This document shows, piece by piece, positions 10,188-20,808 of a DNA stretch of 64,000 bases. Both the position numbers and the translations under genes were made by a program. Positions within the stretch are counted from its first letter, which is position 1. Every line of letters starts with the position of its first letter. Source of the DNA: Acidobacteriota bacterium (lineage in GTDB: Bacteria > Acidobacteriota > Vicinamibacteria > Vicinamibacterales > UBA2999); contig JAKFYH010000016.1 in assembly GCA_021730945.1 (NCBI GenBank), forward strand, positions 66,533-130,532. Reading direction: 5' to 3'. The notes beneath the pieces were generated by a model. It searched no databases. It was not told the DNA's origin and saw nothing but the letters and a program-made list of their open reading frames with translations.

Positions 10188-10520
10188 TCATCGCTTTCCG
10201 GTGTCCACCCTCCCCTTGAGGGTGGCGCCTTCTTCCATCACGAAGGTCGGCGCGTTGACGTCGCCTTCGACCGTGGCGGTGGCCTTCAGTTCCACTCGCG
10301 CCGCGCCCATGACATTGCCCACCACCTTGCCGCTGACGGTGACGACCTTGGCGGCCAGGTCGGCGACCACGGCCGCGCCGGATCCGATGGTGAGGCTGTG
10401 ATCGCCCAGCTCGATCGTGCCCTCCACCTGCCCGTCGATCACCAGATCTCCTGAAGAGACCACATCACCCCGCACGAGGATCGAGCCGCTGATCCAGGAT
10501 GCCCGTCGCCGTTCTTCCAT
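10188..10520 (-). CDS. Bactofilin (polymer-forming cytoskeletal protein)
   Basis: Beta-helix pattern DLVIDGQVEGTI...VEGDV...EEGA. Confidence 0.9.
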   Translation of the reverse strand: MEERRRASWISGSILVRGDVVSSGDLVIDGQVEGTIELGDHSLTIGSGAAVVADLAAKVVTVSGKVVGNVMGAARVELKATATVEGDVNAPTFVMEEGATLKGRVDTGKR

Positions 10521-10598
10521 TCGTCCCTCCCGTCGGTCTGCCGTGTCCCTGATGGTATGTCATCAACCTCCGCCCGTCCGGCCGTCTTCGCCCCGCAG

Positions 10599-10634
10599 TT
10601 GACAGGAAGCAATTAAATGAACGACCATTAATTT
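10599..10634 (+). promoter_or_regulatory. Promoter and imperfect palindrome, probable TetR operator
   Basis: TTGACA at 10599; AT-rich AATTAAATGAACGACCATTAATTT immediately before the ATG. Confidence 0.45.
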
Positions 10635-10637
10635 CTT

Positions 10638-11315
10638 ATGGCCCGCCCCAAGAACGCCGACGGACAACGCACCCGCCAGGCGATCCTGGACGCGGCGCTC
10701 GACCTGTTCGCCGACAAGGGCTACTTCGGCACCAGCCTGCGCGACGTCGCCACCGTCGTCGGCGTGCGCGAAAGCGCGCTTTACAACTATTTCGCCGGCA
10801 AGGAAGCGCTCTTTGGCGCGCTCCTGGAGGCCCACGACGCCACCAAGTCGGAACGGCTCACCGCCATTGCCGAGGGCCCGATTCCCGATGGTCGCGCCGT
10901 CCTCGAGAAGCTGGCGGTCGCCACTCTCAAGGGCTTCACCGAGCCCAGTGAGCAGAAGCTGTTCCGCATCCTGATGTCGGACGGGATCCGGCTGGCCAGG
11001 AGCGGCCGCATCAACCTCTACGAGCGCATGGCCAGCGGCCGCGAACGGCTGCAGGACATCCTGCAGCGCCTGATCCGCGATGGCTGGCTGCGTCCGGCCG
11101 ACCCGTTCGTTCTCGGCACGGCCTTCATGAGCCCGTTGATCGTGTGGCGGCAATTGCACGCGATCGACGCCGGCCTGCCCATGATCAAGCACCCGCGCCA
11201 GTTTGCCCGCCAGCATGTCGGGCTGTTTCTCGAGGGCGCCGCGGCGCCCGCCACCCCCGCGCGCCGGGCCAGGCCCGCGCGCTCATCCAAGCCAGCACCA
11301 GGAGCCCGATCGTGA
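10638..11315 (+). CDS. TetR/AcrR family transcriptional regulator
   Basis: ILDAALDLFADKGY...ALYNYFAGKEAL HTH. Confidence 0.95.
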   Translation: MARPKNADGQRTRQAILDAALDLFADKGYFGTSLRDVATVVGVRESALYNYFAGKEALFGALLEAHDATKSERLTAIAEGPIPDGRAVLEKLAVATLKGFTEPSEQKLFRILMSDGIRLARSGRINLYERMASGRERLQDILQRLIRDGWLRPADPFVLGTAFMSPLIVWRQLHAIDAGLPMIKHPRQFARQHVGLFLEGAAAPATPARRARPARSSKPAPGARS

Positions 11316-12493
11316 CTCGCCCAATTCTCGCTATTTGCCTGCTCGCCGCTGCCTTGTCGGCGGCCTGTGACCGCGCCGGCGCGGACTCGGCATCGCCCGA
11401 GGCGGCAGCCGTGGCGGTGTCGCTTGCCGAGGTCGTGGAACAGCCCATCAAACGGTTCATCCGCGTGAGCGGCACGCTCACCGCCGAGGAAGAAGCCGCC
11501 GTGGCCGCTGAAGTTGGCGGCCGCGTGGTCGCAACGCCGATCGAGCGAGGCAGTCGCGTGGCGGCCGGCGATGGGCTGGTGAAGCTGCTGGCCGACGAGG
11601 GCGAAGCGCAGGCGGCCGAAGCGCAGGCCAACGCCGCGCAGATCGAGGCGCGGCTCGGCATCGCCAACGGCACGGAGTTCGCCGTCGAGCGGGTGCCCGA
11701 AGTGGCCAACGCGCGGGCCGGCGTGCAATTGCAGCGCAGCGAGTTCGAGCGGGCCAAGATGCTGCACGAGAAGAAGCTCCTCTCGCAGGCCGAGTTCGAC
11801 CAGCGCAGCGCCCAGACGGATGCGGCCCAACGCCAGTACGACATGGCCCGCAACACCGCGGCGCAGCAGTATCAATCCCTGCTGGCGGCGCGCGCGCGCG
11901 TCACGCTGGCGCAGAAGGCGCTGGCCGACACCACCGTACGGGCGCCTTTCACCGGGGTGGTCGGCGAGCGCTTTGTCTCGGTCGGCGACTATGTGACGCG
12001 GGGCACCAAGGTGGCCACGGTGATGCGCGTTGATCCGTTGCGCGTGGAGCTCACGATTCCGGAGCAGTTTGTCTCGGTGGTGGCCGAAGGCCGGGCTGTC
12101 ACCTTCAAGGTCGATGCCTACCAGGGCGAAACGTTTGCAGGTACGGTTCGCTACGTCTCACCATCGGTGAAGGCCGACACCCGCGCCCTTACGCTCGAAG
12201 CGGAGGTGCCCAATCCCGCCCGGCGGCTCAAGCCCGGGTTCTTCGCGACCGCCGAGATCGAGCAGGCAGCGATGGTGCCCGGCCTGCTGGTTCCGGCCAC
12301 GGCCGTGCGCACGGTCGCCGGCACCGCCCGTGTGTTTGTCGTCGCCGGTGATCGCGCCGAAGAGCGCGTAGTCACGGTCGGCCAAAACGTCGGCGACCTC
12401 GTTGAGATCACCAGTGGCATCAAGGCCGGCGAGCGCGTGGTGGCCCGGGACCTGGACCGGCTGGTCGACGGCATTCGCGTTGCGGTGAGGTGA
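11312..12493 (+). CDS. RND efflux periplasmic adaptor (lipoprotein)
   Basis: LSAAC lipobox, coiled-coil hairpin, VRAPFTGVV, LKPG; GTGA overlap with TetR. Confidence 0.92.
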   Translation: MTRPILAICLLAAALSAACDRAGADSASPEAAAVAVSLAEVVEQPIKRFIRVSGTLTAEEEAAVAAEVGGRVVATPIERGSRVAAGDGLVKLLADEGEAQAAEAQANAAQIEARLGIANGTEFAVERVPEVANARAGVQLQRSEFERAKMLHEKKLLSQAEFDQRSAQTDAAQRQYDMARNTAAQQYQSLLAARARVTLAQKALADTTVRAPFTGVVGERFVSVGDYVTRGTKVATVMRVDPLRVELTIPEQFVSVVAEGRAVTFKVDAYQGETFAGTVRYVSPSVKADTRALTLEAEVPNPARRLKPGFFATAEIEQAAMVPGLLVPATAVRTVAGTARVFVVAGDRAEERVVTVGQNVGDLVEITSGIKAGERVVARDLDRLVDGIRVAVR

Positions 12494-12496
12494 CCC

Positions 12497-15400
12497 ATGC
12501 AGTGGCTGGCAGAAATCTGCGTCCGGCGCCCGGTCTTTGCCTGGGTTCTGGTCCTCTCGCTGAGCGTGGTGGGCCTGTTCGCCTTCGGGCGGCTGGGTGT
12601 CGACCGTTTTCCGAACGTCGATATTCCCACCATCTCTGTCACCACCCGGCTGCCTGGCGCCGCGCCTGAGCAGATTGAGACCGAAGTCACCGACAAAGTC
12701 GAAGAAGCCGTCAACACCATCAGCGGCATCGACACGCTGACCTCGACCTCGTCTGAAGGCATCTCGCAGGTGGTGGTCTCGTTCAAGCTCGAGAAGAACG
12801 CTGATATTGCCGCGCAGGAAGTGCGCGATCGCATTAACCGGGTCATTCCGCAATTGCCCAGGACCGCCCTGCAGCCGACGGTGGAGAAGCTCGACTTCAC
12901 GGCGTCGCCGGTCATCACCCTGGCCGTGACCGCCGACAAGCCAGTCCGCGACATCACCGAGTTTGCCGACAAGATCCTGCGGCGCCGGCTCGAAAGCTCG
13001 GACGGGGTCGGCCAGGTGGTCGTGATCGGCGGGCGCAGCCGTCAGTTGAACCTGTGGCTCAATACCGCCCTGCTCCGCGCGCAACGGCTGTCGGTCAACG
13101 ACGTCGCCCGCGCGCTGCAGTCGCAGAACGCCGACATCCCGGGCGGCCGCATGGATCAGGGCGCCCAGTCGGTGACCCTGCGGACGCGTGGACGCCTCGA
13201 ATCGATCGATGCGTTCGGCGACGTGGTCTTGCGCGAAGTCGACGGCCACCCGATCCGGCTGCGCGACGTCGCGCGAATCGAGGACGGCATGGCCGAGCCT
13301 CGCACCCAGGCCAGCGTCAACGGCGAGGCTACCGTCCTGCTGCAGATCCGCAAGCAGTCTGGCACCAACACGGTCGAGGTCGCCAATAATGTCAAGCAGC
13401 GGCTGGCCGAGCTGCAGGGCACCCTGCCCGCCGGCTACCAACTGCGCATTGTCCGTGACGAGGCGCAATTCATCGAGGCGTCGATCGCCAGCGTGCAAGA
13501 GCACCTGATCGTCGGCTCGCTGCTGGCCGCGATTGTCGTGTTTCTGTTTCTCGGCAATGTCCGCTCGACGGTGATCGCCGCGATCTCGATTCCCACCTCG
13601 ATCGTGGCCACGTTCTCGCTGGTCTGGTACATGGGATTCACGCTCAACATGCTGACCATGTTGGCGCTGACGCTGTCGGTCGGCATCGTGATCGACGATG
13701 CCATCGTGGTGCTGGAGAACATCTTCCGCTTCATCGAGGAAAAGGGCATGCCGCCCATGCAGGCGGCGGTGGAGGCCACCAGGGAGATTGGCCTGGCGGT
13801 CATGGCGACGACCTTTTCGCTGGTGGCGATCTTTGCCCCGGTCGGCTTCATGAGCGGCATGGTCGGCAAGTTCATGCAGAGCTTCGGCCTGACGATGGCC
13901 TTCGCCGTGATGGTGTCGTTGTTTGTCAGCTTCACGCTGACGCCGATGATGTCGGCCTACTGGCTCAAGCCGCCGCCCAAGGGCGCGCACGGCGATTCCA
14001 AGCACAACCGGCTCTTCGACCCGATCGATCGCGTCTACACGCGCATGCTCGAATGGGCCATGGTCCACCGCGGGCTGGTGGCCGTCGGCGCCGTGCTGGT
14101 GTTGCTGACGAGCGTGCCGCTCTTCCAGTTCACGGCCGTGAACTTCACGCCCGAAGACGACCAGTCCCAGTTCGACGTGACCATGCGTGCCCCGGAAGGC
14201 ACCAGCCTGGCGTCGATGTCGCTGCTGGCCAATCGCGTGAGCACCGCCGTGCGGGCGATTCCCGAGGTCGAGTTCACGCTCGTCACGGTGGCCGGCGACT
14301 CGGCCGGCACCCTGAACACGGCGAGCATGCTGGTGCGCCTGCATCCGATCGAGGCGCGGTCGCGCGACCAGTTCGCCGTGATGGCCCAGGTCCGTAATGA
14401 GATTCTGCCGGTCTACGCCAAGGCCGGCATCCGCACGGCCGTGCAGCAAGGCGGCGGACCCGGCGGCGGCGGTGGCGGCATCCAGTTCATGGTGCAGGGG
14501 CCGGACCTCGAGCAGCTCGAGAAGTTCAGCGAGGCGCTGCGGACCAGGGCCCTGGCCATTCCCGGGCTTGTCGATGTCGACACGTCGTTGAACGCCGGCA
14601 AGCCGGAAGTGTCGGTCTATCTCGATCGGCCGAAGGCCGCCGACCTTGGCGTCTCGATAGCTGACGCCGCCGACGCGATCCGCCTGCTCGTCGCCGGCGA
14701 CCAGGTGACCACTTTCAACGACGGCGGCGAACAGTACGAGGTCCATCTGCGCGCGGAAGAGGTCAATCGCAGTTCGACCGACGCCATCGCCGGGCTGCCG
14801 GTGCCGTCATCGCGGCTGGGTATTGTCAGCCTCGACAACATTGCCTCGTTTGCGAAGAGCGACTCGCCGGCCAGCATCAATCGCATGGGCCGTCAGCGCC
14901 AGGTGACGCTCAGCGCCAACCTGCTGCCGGGCACGTCGCAGGGAGCGGCGCAGGAGCAGATTGCCGCCGCCGCGGCGGAGCTGAACTTTGGCCCCGAGTA
15001 CCGGGCCGACTTCGCAGGCCGCTCGCGCGAACTCAACCGCACGGCGACTGCGTTTCTGACCGCGATCGCGCTGTCGTTCATCTTCATGTACCTCATCCTG
15101 GCCGCGCAGTTCGAATCGTGGCTGCACCCGGTGACGATCCTGCTGTCGCTGCCGCTGACGCTGCCGTTCGCGCTGTTGTCGCTCATCATCTTTCAGCAGT
15201 CGCTCAATATCTTCTCGGGTCTGGGCCTGCTGGTGCTGTTCGGCGTGGTCAAGAAGAACTCGATTCTGCAGATTGATCACGCCAACCAGCTGAAGGACGC
15301 CGGCATGAACACCCACGACGCGGTGGTGCAGGCCAGCCGCGACCGCCTGCGGCCGATTCTGATGACGACACTGGCGTTTGTGGCGGGCATGGTGCCGCTG

Positions 15401-15610
15401 GTCGTGTCGAATGGGGTCGGCGCAGCCACCAACCACGCCATCGGCTGGGTGGTGATCGGCGGCCAGACCATGGTGTTGCTGGTCACGCTGATCGTGACGC
15501 CGGTGGCCTATTCGCTGTTCGACCAGATGCAGGGCGCCGCGGTGATGTCGCGCGGCTGGGACTGGCTGCGCTCGAAACTGCCCGCACAGAATCCGGTGAC
15601 ACCGCTCTAA
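12497..15610 (+). CDS. RND efflux permease (AcrB/SwrC family)
   Basis: 1037 aa; GIVIDDAIVVLEN, KNSIL, RLRPILMT. Confidence 0.97.
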   Translation: MQWLAEICVRRPVFAWVLVLSLSVVGLFAFGRLGVDRFPNVDIPTISVTTRLPGAAPEQIETEVTDKVEEAVNTISGIDTLTSTSSEGISQVVVSFKLEKNADIAAQEVRDRINRVIPQLPRTALQPTVEKLDFTASPVITLAVTADKPVRDITEFADKILRRRLESSDGVGQVVVIGGRSRQLNLWLNTALLRAQRLSVNDVARALQSQNADIPGGRMDQGAQSVTLRTRGRLESIDAFGDVVLREVDGHPIRLRDVARIEDGMAEPRTQASVNGEATVLLQIRKQSGTNTVEVANNVKQRLAELQGTLPAGYQLRIVRDEAQFIEASIASVQEHLIVGSLLAAIVVFLFLGNVRSTVIAAISIPTSIVATFSLVWYMGFTLNMLTMLALTLSVGIVIDDAIVVLENIFRFIEEKGMPPMQAAVEATREIGLAVMATTFSLVAIFAPVGFMSGMVGKFMQSFGLTMAFAVMVSLFVSFTLTPMMSAYWLKPPPKGAHGDSKHNRLFDPIDRVYTRMLEWAMVHRGLVAVGAVLVLLTSVPLFQFTAVNFTPEDDQSQFDVTMRAPEGTSLASMSLLANRVSTAVRAIPEVEFTLVTVAGDSAGTLNTASMLVRLHPIEARSRDQFAVMAQVRNEILPVYAKAGIRTAVQQGGGPGGGGGGIQFMVQGPDLEQLEKFSEALRTRALAIPGLVDVDTSLNAGKPEVSVYLDRPKAADLGVSIADAADAIRLLVAGDQVTTFNDGGEQYEVHLRAEEVNRSSTDAIAGLPVPSSRLGIVSLDNIASFAKSDSPASINRMGRQRQVTLSANLLPGTSQGAAQEQIAAAAAELNFGPEYRADFAGRSRELNRTATAFLTAIALSFIFMYLILAAQFESWLHPVTILLSLPLTLPFALLSLIIFQQSLNIFSGLGLLVLFGVVKKNSILQIDHANQLKDAGMNTHDAVVQASRDRLRPILMTTLAFVAGMVPLVVSNGVGAATNHAIGWVVIGGQTMVLLVTLIVTPVAYSLFDQMQGAAVMSRGWDWLRSKLPAQNPVTPL

Positions 15611-15641
15611 GGGTCGTCCCCGGGCCGGTGGCAGCAAGGGG

Positions 15642-16919
15642 CTACTCGTAGCGTAGCGCCTCGACTGGATCCATGGCCGCCGCCCGGCGGGCCGGCCAGT
15701 AGCCCGCCACCACGCCCACCAGCACCGAGGTCGTCAAACCGGCGACGACGGCCCAGAGCGGCGGGGCCGCCGGAAAAGTCGGGGCGAGCGCCGCGGCCAG
15801 CAGCCCCAGTGCCGAGGCCAGCGCGACACCGGCGGCGCCGCCCGCGCCCGATAACAGCGCCGCTTCGAACAGAAACTGCCGCAGCACATCCTGGCGGCGG
15901 GCACCGATCGCCAGCCGCACGCCAATCTCCCTGGTGCGCTCCGTCACGCTGATGACCATGACGTTGGCGATGCCGATGCCGCCAATGATCAGGCTGACCG
16001 CCGACAGCGCGATCGTGGCCAGGAAGATCTGGAAGCCCAGGCGGTCGAATTGCGCGATGATCTGGTCGGCCGTGTTCAAGGCGAAGTTGTCGGGTTCGCC
16101 GAGGGGAACGTTGCGCAAGAGGCGCAGAATCGTGGCGGCCTCGAGGCGCGCCTGGTCGCGCTGCCCTGGATACGCGCGTATGTAGAGGACCGTGTTCTCG
16201 GCGTCGGGAAACTTCTGCCGCGCGGTGTTGACCGGGATCGCGACCACGGTGTCGTTGCGATTCTCGCCGAAGAAGGTTCCCTTGCGCGGTTGCAGTTCGC
16301 CGACGACGTAGTAGCGGTCGCCGCCCAGCAGGAACGATTGCCCGACTGACGTCCGTTGACCAAACAGCGCGCGGGCAATGCTGGCGCCGAGCACCGCCAC
16401 CTGCGCGCGCGCCCGTTCCTCGTACTCGGTGAACGGCCGGCCGGCGGCAAACTCCGCGCCGACCACGTCGTAGAAATTTGCCGAGATGCCCTCGATCAAC
16501 AGCGAGTCTGATTCGTTGCCGCCGGCACGGGCCGTGATCGCGCGCGTGCCCGTGACGGCCGGAACGATCAGTTCCACACCAACGTCGCGAATGGCCGGAC
16601 CCAACTGGGCAATGCGGGGGGCAAACTCGGGGCGCAGCGGCGGCCGCTTTACGTCCTGCGTGGACCCGGCCGAGTACGGCTCGCCGTTGAAGTGAAAGGC
16701 GAAGATGTTCTCGGTGCCCAGCTCCCGGAATAGCAGGGCCACGCTGTTGCGCAGACCCACCAGGGTCGACGACACCAGCACGACGGTCACGATGCCTATC
16801 ACCACGCCGACGATCGCCAGCGCCGAGCGGGCGGGCTGCGACCGAATGGACTCGACCGCCAGGGTCGACGCCTCGGTTAGTGCTCCGGTGACGGATTCGC
16901 TTGATCGTGCCATTGCCAT
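15642..16919 (-). CDS. MacB/FtsX-type ABC permease
   Basis: GGIGIANVMVISVTERTREIGVRLAIGA, DPVEALRYE. Confidence 0.93.
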   Translation of the reverse strand: MAMARSSESVTGALTEASTLAVESIRSQPARSALAIVGVVIGIVTVVLVSSTLVGLRNSVALLFRELGTENIFAFHFNGEPYSAGSTQDVKRPPLRPEFAPRIAQLGPAIRDVGVELIVPAVTGTRAITARAGGNESDSLLIEGISANFYDVVGAEFAAGRPFTEYEERARAQVAVLGASIARALFGQRTSVGQSFLLGGDRYYVVGELQPRKGTFFGENRNDTVVAIPVNTARQKFPDAENTVLYIRAYPGQRDQARLEAATILRLLRNVPLGEPDNFALNTADQIIAQFDRLGFQIFLATIALSAVSLIIGGIGIANVMVISVTERTREIGVRLAIGARRQDVLRQFLFEAALLSGAGGAAGVALASALGLLAAALAPTFPAAPPLWAVVAGLTTSVLVGVVAGYWPARRAAAMDPVEALRYE

Positions 16920-18182
16920 CTATTCCACCCGCATCGCCGAAACCACGTCCATCCGCACCGCTCGCCGGGACGGGTACCAGCCCGCGATGATGCCGCTCGC
17001 CGCCGAGGCGCCCAGGCCCCACGCCAGCGTCGACAGCTGCACGGACAGCGGAATGTCCAGCGCCCGCGCCAGCACGCTCACCAGGGTCACGGCCGCCGCC
17101 GTGCCCACGCTGCCGCCGATCAGGGCGATGAGCACGGACTCGGCCAGGACTTCCAGCATGATCTGGCGTCGCGTGGCCCCGAGCGCCCGGCGCACCCCAA
17201 TCTCCCGCGTTCGCTGCGTCACCGAGACGAGGATCGTGTTCGTGACGACGACGACCGCCGCAAACAGGGCCATGAGTGAGAGGGGCCCCGCCGCCGCGCC
17301 GATCCGGTCCGACAGGCTCGCCACGAAACCACGGGCGGCGTCGGGCGTCAGGATGTCGAACGTGTCGGCCGCGCCGGGCCCGAGCGCGCGCCGGGCCCGC
17401 AGCGAAATCCGCGCCCGGTCCTCGCCAACCACCGAGGGCAGTTCTCCGGTTGCCTTCGCAAAGATCTGCAGAGTCCTGGGAGCGCCGAAGGCGCGCTCAA
17501 AGGCGCGTAGCGGCAACCACACGTACTTGTCGAGCGAAGCACCGCCCGACTGGCCTTGCCGATCCTGGACGCCAATCACGGTGAAACGGCGGCCCGCGAT
17601 CCGGATCGACCGGCCCAGCGGGTCGACGGCCGGGAACACCGCGTCCACGATCTCCGCCCCGATGACCACCACCTGCTCACCGCGACGGTCCTCGTCCTCG
17701 CGAAAGAACCGGCCGCGGCCGATGGTCAGGTCGCGCAGGTTGGCTAGCTGCCATGTCGTCCCGGTGATCGTGGCGTTCTCGATCTTGAATCCACCCGCGA
17801 TCACGTCAGCCCGCGCCTGAGCGTTGGGCGCATATTCGACCAGGCCGCCCGCGTACTGCTCAAGAAACTTCGTCTCGGTCCGCCGGATGGGCGGGTTGCG
17901 CTGCAGTTGTTGCTGCAGTTCACGCCGGGAAACTTTGCCTGGCGAGGCCACTTGCGCGATGAGGAACGTGTCCGACCCAAAGGTGCGGGCGGTCGACTGC
18001 CGCGCGTAGATCGCGACCCCGTCGAGGGCCGATACCACCAGGACGATGGTGGCAACCGCAACGGCAATCGCCAATGCGCCCAGTGCGGCCCGCAGTGGGC
18101 TGCCAACCAGCGCGGCAGCGGCTTGCGCGATGGCCTCGAAGGCCATGCGCCAGTCGACAATCGCCGGTCGCCTCACGCGCAC
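16920..18182 (-). CDS. MacB/FtsX-type ABC permease (second)
   Basis: SVTQRTREIGVRRALGA; start either GTG 18182 or ATG 18146. Confidence 0.9.
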   Translation of the reverse strand: MRVRRPAIVDWRMAFEAIAQAAAALVGSPLRAALGALAIAVAVATIVLVVSALDGVAIYARQSTARTFGSDTFLIAQVASPGKVSRRELQQQLQRNPPIRRTETKFLEQYAGGLVEYAPNAQARADVIAGGFKIENATITGTTWQLANLRDLTIGRGRFFREDEDRRGEQVVVIGAEIVDAVFPAVDPLGRSIRIAGRRFTVIGVQDRQGQSGGASLDKYVWLPLRAFERAFGAPRTLQIFAKATGELPSVVGEDRARISLRARRALGPGAADTFDILTPDAARGFVASLSDRIGAAAGPLSLMALFAAVVVVTNTILVSVTQRTREIGVRRALGATRRQIMLEVLAESVLIALIGGSVGTAAAVTLVSVLARALDIPLSVQLSTLAWGLGASAASGIIAGWYPSRRAVRMDVVSAMRVE

Positions 18183-18212
18183 TCGCCGACTCGTCTAGAC
18201 TGTACCCAGCAC

Positions 18213-19457
18213 ATGAGCAAACCTCGCCTTTTGATGGCCGGCACGGCCATCGTGATGATTGCTGCGGTCGTGTTTGCGACCCGCGGTTCCACCGAAGCCC
18301 CTGCAGCGGACGTCGTGGCGGTGACCCGCACTCCCATCTTGCAGTCGTTCGTGACCGCTTCGGGAGAAATTGTGGCCACGCGGTTTGCCGACATCGGGTC
18401 GGCGTCGATGGGCCGGCTCGTTTCGCTGAGTGTCCGGGAGGGAGACCGCGTCCGGGCCGGACAGACGCTTGCGCGCATCGACCCGGTGCAGGCGGCCAGT
18501 GCCGCCGACGCCGCGGCGGCCGGCCTGCGCGCACTCGAGGCTGATGTCCAGGGCGCCGCCAGCCAGGTTCGGGCCAGTCAGGCCGAACTGGCGGCGGCGA
18601 CGGCCCGGGCCAACGACGCGGACACATCGCTGCGCCGCGCGCGCGAGCTGCGTCAGGCCGGACTGATTGCGCCCTCCGACTTCGACACCGCCGAAGCCAC
18701 CGCCGAAGCGGCCCGCGCGCAGGAACGCGCCGCCGCCGCGGCCGTTCAGCGCCTGGAACAGGCGCAGGCATCGGCCGAGCGCCGGGTGGCGCAGGGGCGA
18801 GCCGAACTGGCACGCGCGCGTGACCAGGTATCCAAGACCGATATCACCGCGCCCATAGACGGAGTCGTCACGCGCCTCGATGTCGAAGAAGGTGAGATGG
18901 TCGTGATCGGCATTCAGAACCAGCCGGGCACCATCCTGATGACGATCTCCGACCTCAGTTCGATCAACGCCGAGGTCAAGGTTGCCGAGGCCGACGTGCT
19001 GCGCCTCTCGGTGGGCAATCCTGCCACCGCCACGCTCGAAGCCCTGCCCAGCGTCACTTTTACCGGCAATGTCGTCGAGATCGGCGCCAGCGCGCTGTCG
19101 ACGATCGGCCCGCAGGCCGCCGCGCGCGAGTTCAGGGTGAAGGTCCGGCTCGAAGGGGACCTGGCGCGGCTGCGCCCGGGACTGACCTGTGATGCCGAAA
19201 TCCTGATCGCATCGCGGAACAACGTCCTGACCGTGCCGCTCCAGTCGCTGGTCCAACGACCGTCGCCAGACGGCTCCCCGGCTACCGGGGTGTTCGTCGT
19301 GCGCGACGGGGTGGCCCGCTTTACGCCGGTCACGGCTGGCATCATCGGTGGGCTGACCGTCGAGGTCGAGGGCGTTGCCGAGGGGGCCTCGGTGATCGCG
19401 GGACCGTTCCAGGTGCTTCGTGAGCTCCAGGACGGCGCGCCGATCAAGGCGAAATAG
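18213..19457 (+). CDS. MacA-like periplasmic adaptor (MFP)
   Basis: N-terminal TM, long alpha hairpin, ITAPIDGVV, GEMVVIGIQN, LRPG; start reassigned to ATG 18213. Confidence 0.9.
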   Translation: MSKPRLLMAGTAIVMIAAVVFATRGSTEAPAADVVAVTRTPILQSFVTASGEIVATRFADIGSASMGRLVSLSVREGDRVRAGQTLARIDPVQAASAADAAAAGLRALEADVQGAASQVRASQAELAAATARANDADTSLRRARELRQAGLIAPSDFDTAEATAEAARAQERAAAAAVQRLEQAQASAERRVAQGRAELARARDQVSKTDITAPIDGVVTRLDVEEGEMVVIGIQNQPGTILMTISDLSSINAEVKVAEADVLRLSVGNPATATLEALPSVTFTGNVVEIGASALSTIGPQAAAREFRVKVRLEGDLARLRPGLTCDAEILIASRNNVLTVPLQSLVQRPSPDGSPATGVFVVRDGVARFTPVTAGIIGGLTVEVEGVAEGASVIAGPFQVLRELQDGAPIKAK

Positions 19458-19466
19458 GGCCGGCAT

Positions 19467-20054
19467 CTATCCGGCCGTGACGACGACCGCGCCGCACGCT
19501 CGACCGCCGCTGCGCCGATAGGCGTGCGGCTGGTTTGCGTCGAAGTAGATCGAGTCGCCGGTGGCCAGCACATGCTCCACGTCGTCGACGTGGACGCTCA
19601 ACTGGCCGGTCACGACGTAGATGAACTCGACGCCGGTGTGGACATGGGGCCGCAGGCGATCGGGCGTCACCGGGAGGAACTCGGCGTAGTACGAGCTGAA
19701 CCGCCGCTCGGTGGCCGGAAAATCCAGCGACTCAAAACGATAGGCCGGCGCGCGCGCGCCGGCTTGGTCTGGGAGCCGCACGCGATCGGACTTGCGGACG
19801 ATGGCGATCAGCGGCTTCTCGCGAGTGCCGGCAAAAAAGAAATCGAGACCGACGCTGAACACGAGCGCGATGCGCAACAGCGTCGGCAGGGTTGGAAACA
19901 GCCGGCCGCGCTCGATCTTCGACAACAGCGCGGCGGACAGGCCCGTGTGCTTGCCGAGCTCGACCAGGCCCATCGACCGCTTCAGTCGGAGCTTCCGAAT
20001 CTTCTCGCCAATCCCGTAATCGCCCAGGCCCGATTCGATCGTCGCCGACAGCAT
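19467..20054 (-). CDS. XRE-family HTH plus cupin transcriptional regulator
   Basis: LSKIERG...PTLPTL; HTGVEFIYV, GDSIYFDANQPH; AAGGAG RBS upstream of ATG 20054. Confidence 0.92.
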   Translation of the reverse strand: MLSATIESGLGDYGIGEKIRKLRLKRSMGLVELGKHTGLSAALLSKIERGRLFPTLPTLLRIALVFSVGLDFFFAGTREKPLIAIVRKSDRVRLPDQAGARAPAYRFESLDFPATERRFSSYYAEFLPVTPDRLRPHVHTGVEFIYVVTGQLSVHVDDVEHVLATGDSIYFDANQPHAYRRSGGRACGAVVVTAG

Positions 20055-20234
20055 TCCCAGCTCCTTTTTTCCTGACACGAACATTTCGCGCGCGTTCTGT
20101 CGTGTCGCTCACACGACTTTGGGCGTCGGAACGGATTTTACTGTTAATCAAGTCAGTTTGCACTACATTCAATTGATGGCATCGAATTCACGGCGCCATG
20201 CACAGTCACTGACCAGAGTTAAAGGGATCACATC

Positions 20235-20741
20235 ATGCGAAAACTACTCGCCATTGGAACCATCACCGCGCTCACACTGACGCTTACGACCGCCGTCGCC
20301 TCGGCGCAGCAGTCCGACATGAAGGGCGGCAAGGACATCGTCGCCACCGCCGTGGCGGCCGGCTCGTTCAAGACGCTCGCGGCGGCGCTGACGGCGGCCG
20401 GCCTCGTGCCGACGCTCCAGGGTGCGGGCCCGTTCACGGTGTTCGCGCCGACCGACGAGGCGTTTGCCAAGCTGCCCAAGGGCACGGTCGAGGACCTGCT
20501 CAAGCCCGAGAACAAGGCGAAGCTGACGCGCATCCTGACCTACCATGTGGTGTCGGGCAAGGTCATGGCGGCCGACGTGGTGAAGCTGAAGTCGGCCAAG
20601 GCCGTCAGCGGTGACATGATCACCATCAAGGTCGTGGACAAGACCGTGATGATCGACGGGGCGAAGGTGACCACGGCCGACATCGCCGCCAGCAACGGCG
20701 TCATTCACGTGATCGACAGCGTCATTCTGCCGAAGAACTAG
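20235..20741 (+). CDS. Fasciclin (FAS1) domain secreted protein
   Basis: Signal peptide; [31 protein letters not shown]. Confidence 0.95.
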   Translation: MRKLLAIGTITALTLTLTTAVASAQQSDMKGGKDIVATAVAAGSFKTLAAALTAAGLVPTLQGAGPFTVFAPTDEAFAKLPKGTVEDLLKPENKAKLTRILTYHVVSGKVMAADVVKLKSAKAVSGDMITIKVVDKTVMIDGAKVTTADIAASNGVIHVIDSVILPKN

Positions 20742-20808
20742 GGCGACCGACGTGCAAGCAAGGTGCGGTTCGCCGGGCACGACCGGTGGGACCGCACCGG
20801 AGGCCCTG

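Noticed and set aside
12158-14746. 862-aa antisense ORF, and similar long shadow ORFs (e.g. 44047-46176, 52295-53743, 18195-19466)
   Set aside because: They overlap well-supported genes, are low-complexity and carry no motifs; expected in GC-rich DNA
20100-20234. CarH operator or sigma54 promoter upstream of fasciclin
   Set aside because: Only weak partial matches; more likely the site of the divergent XRE regulator
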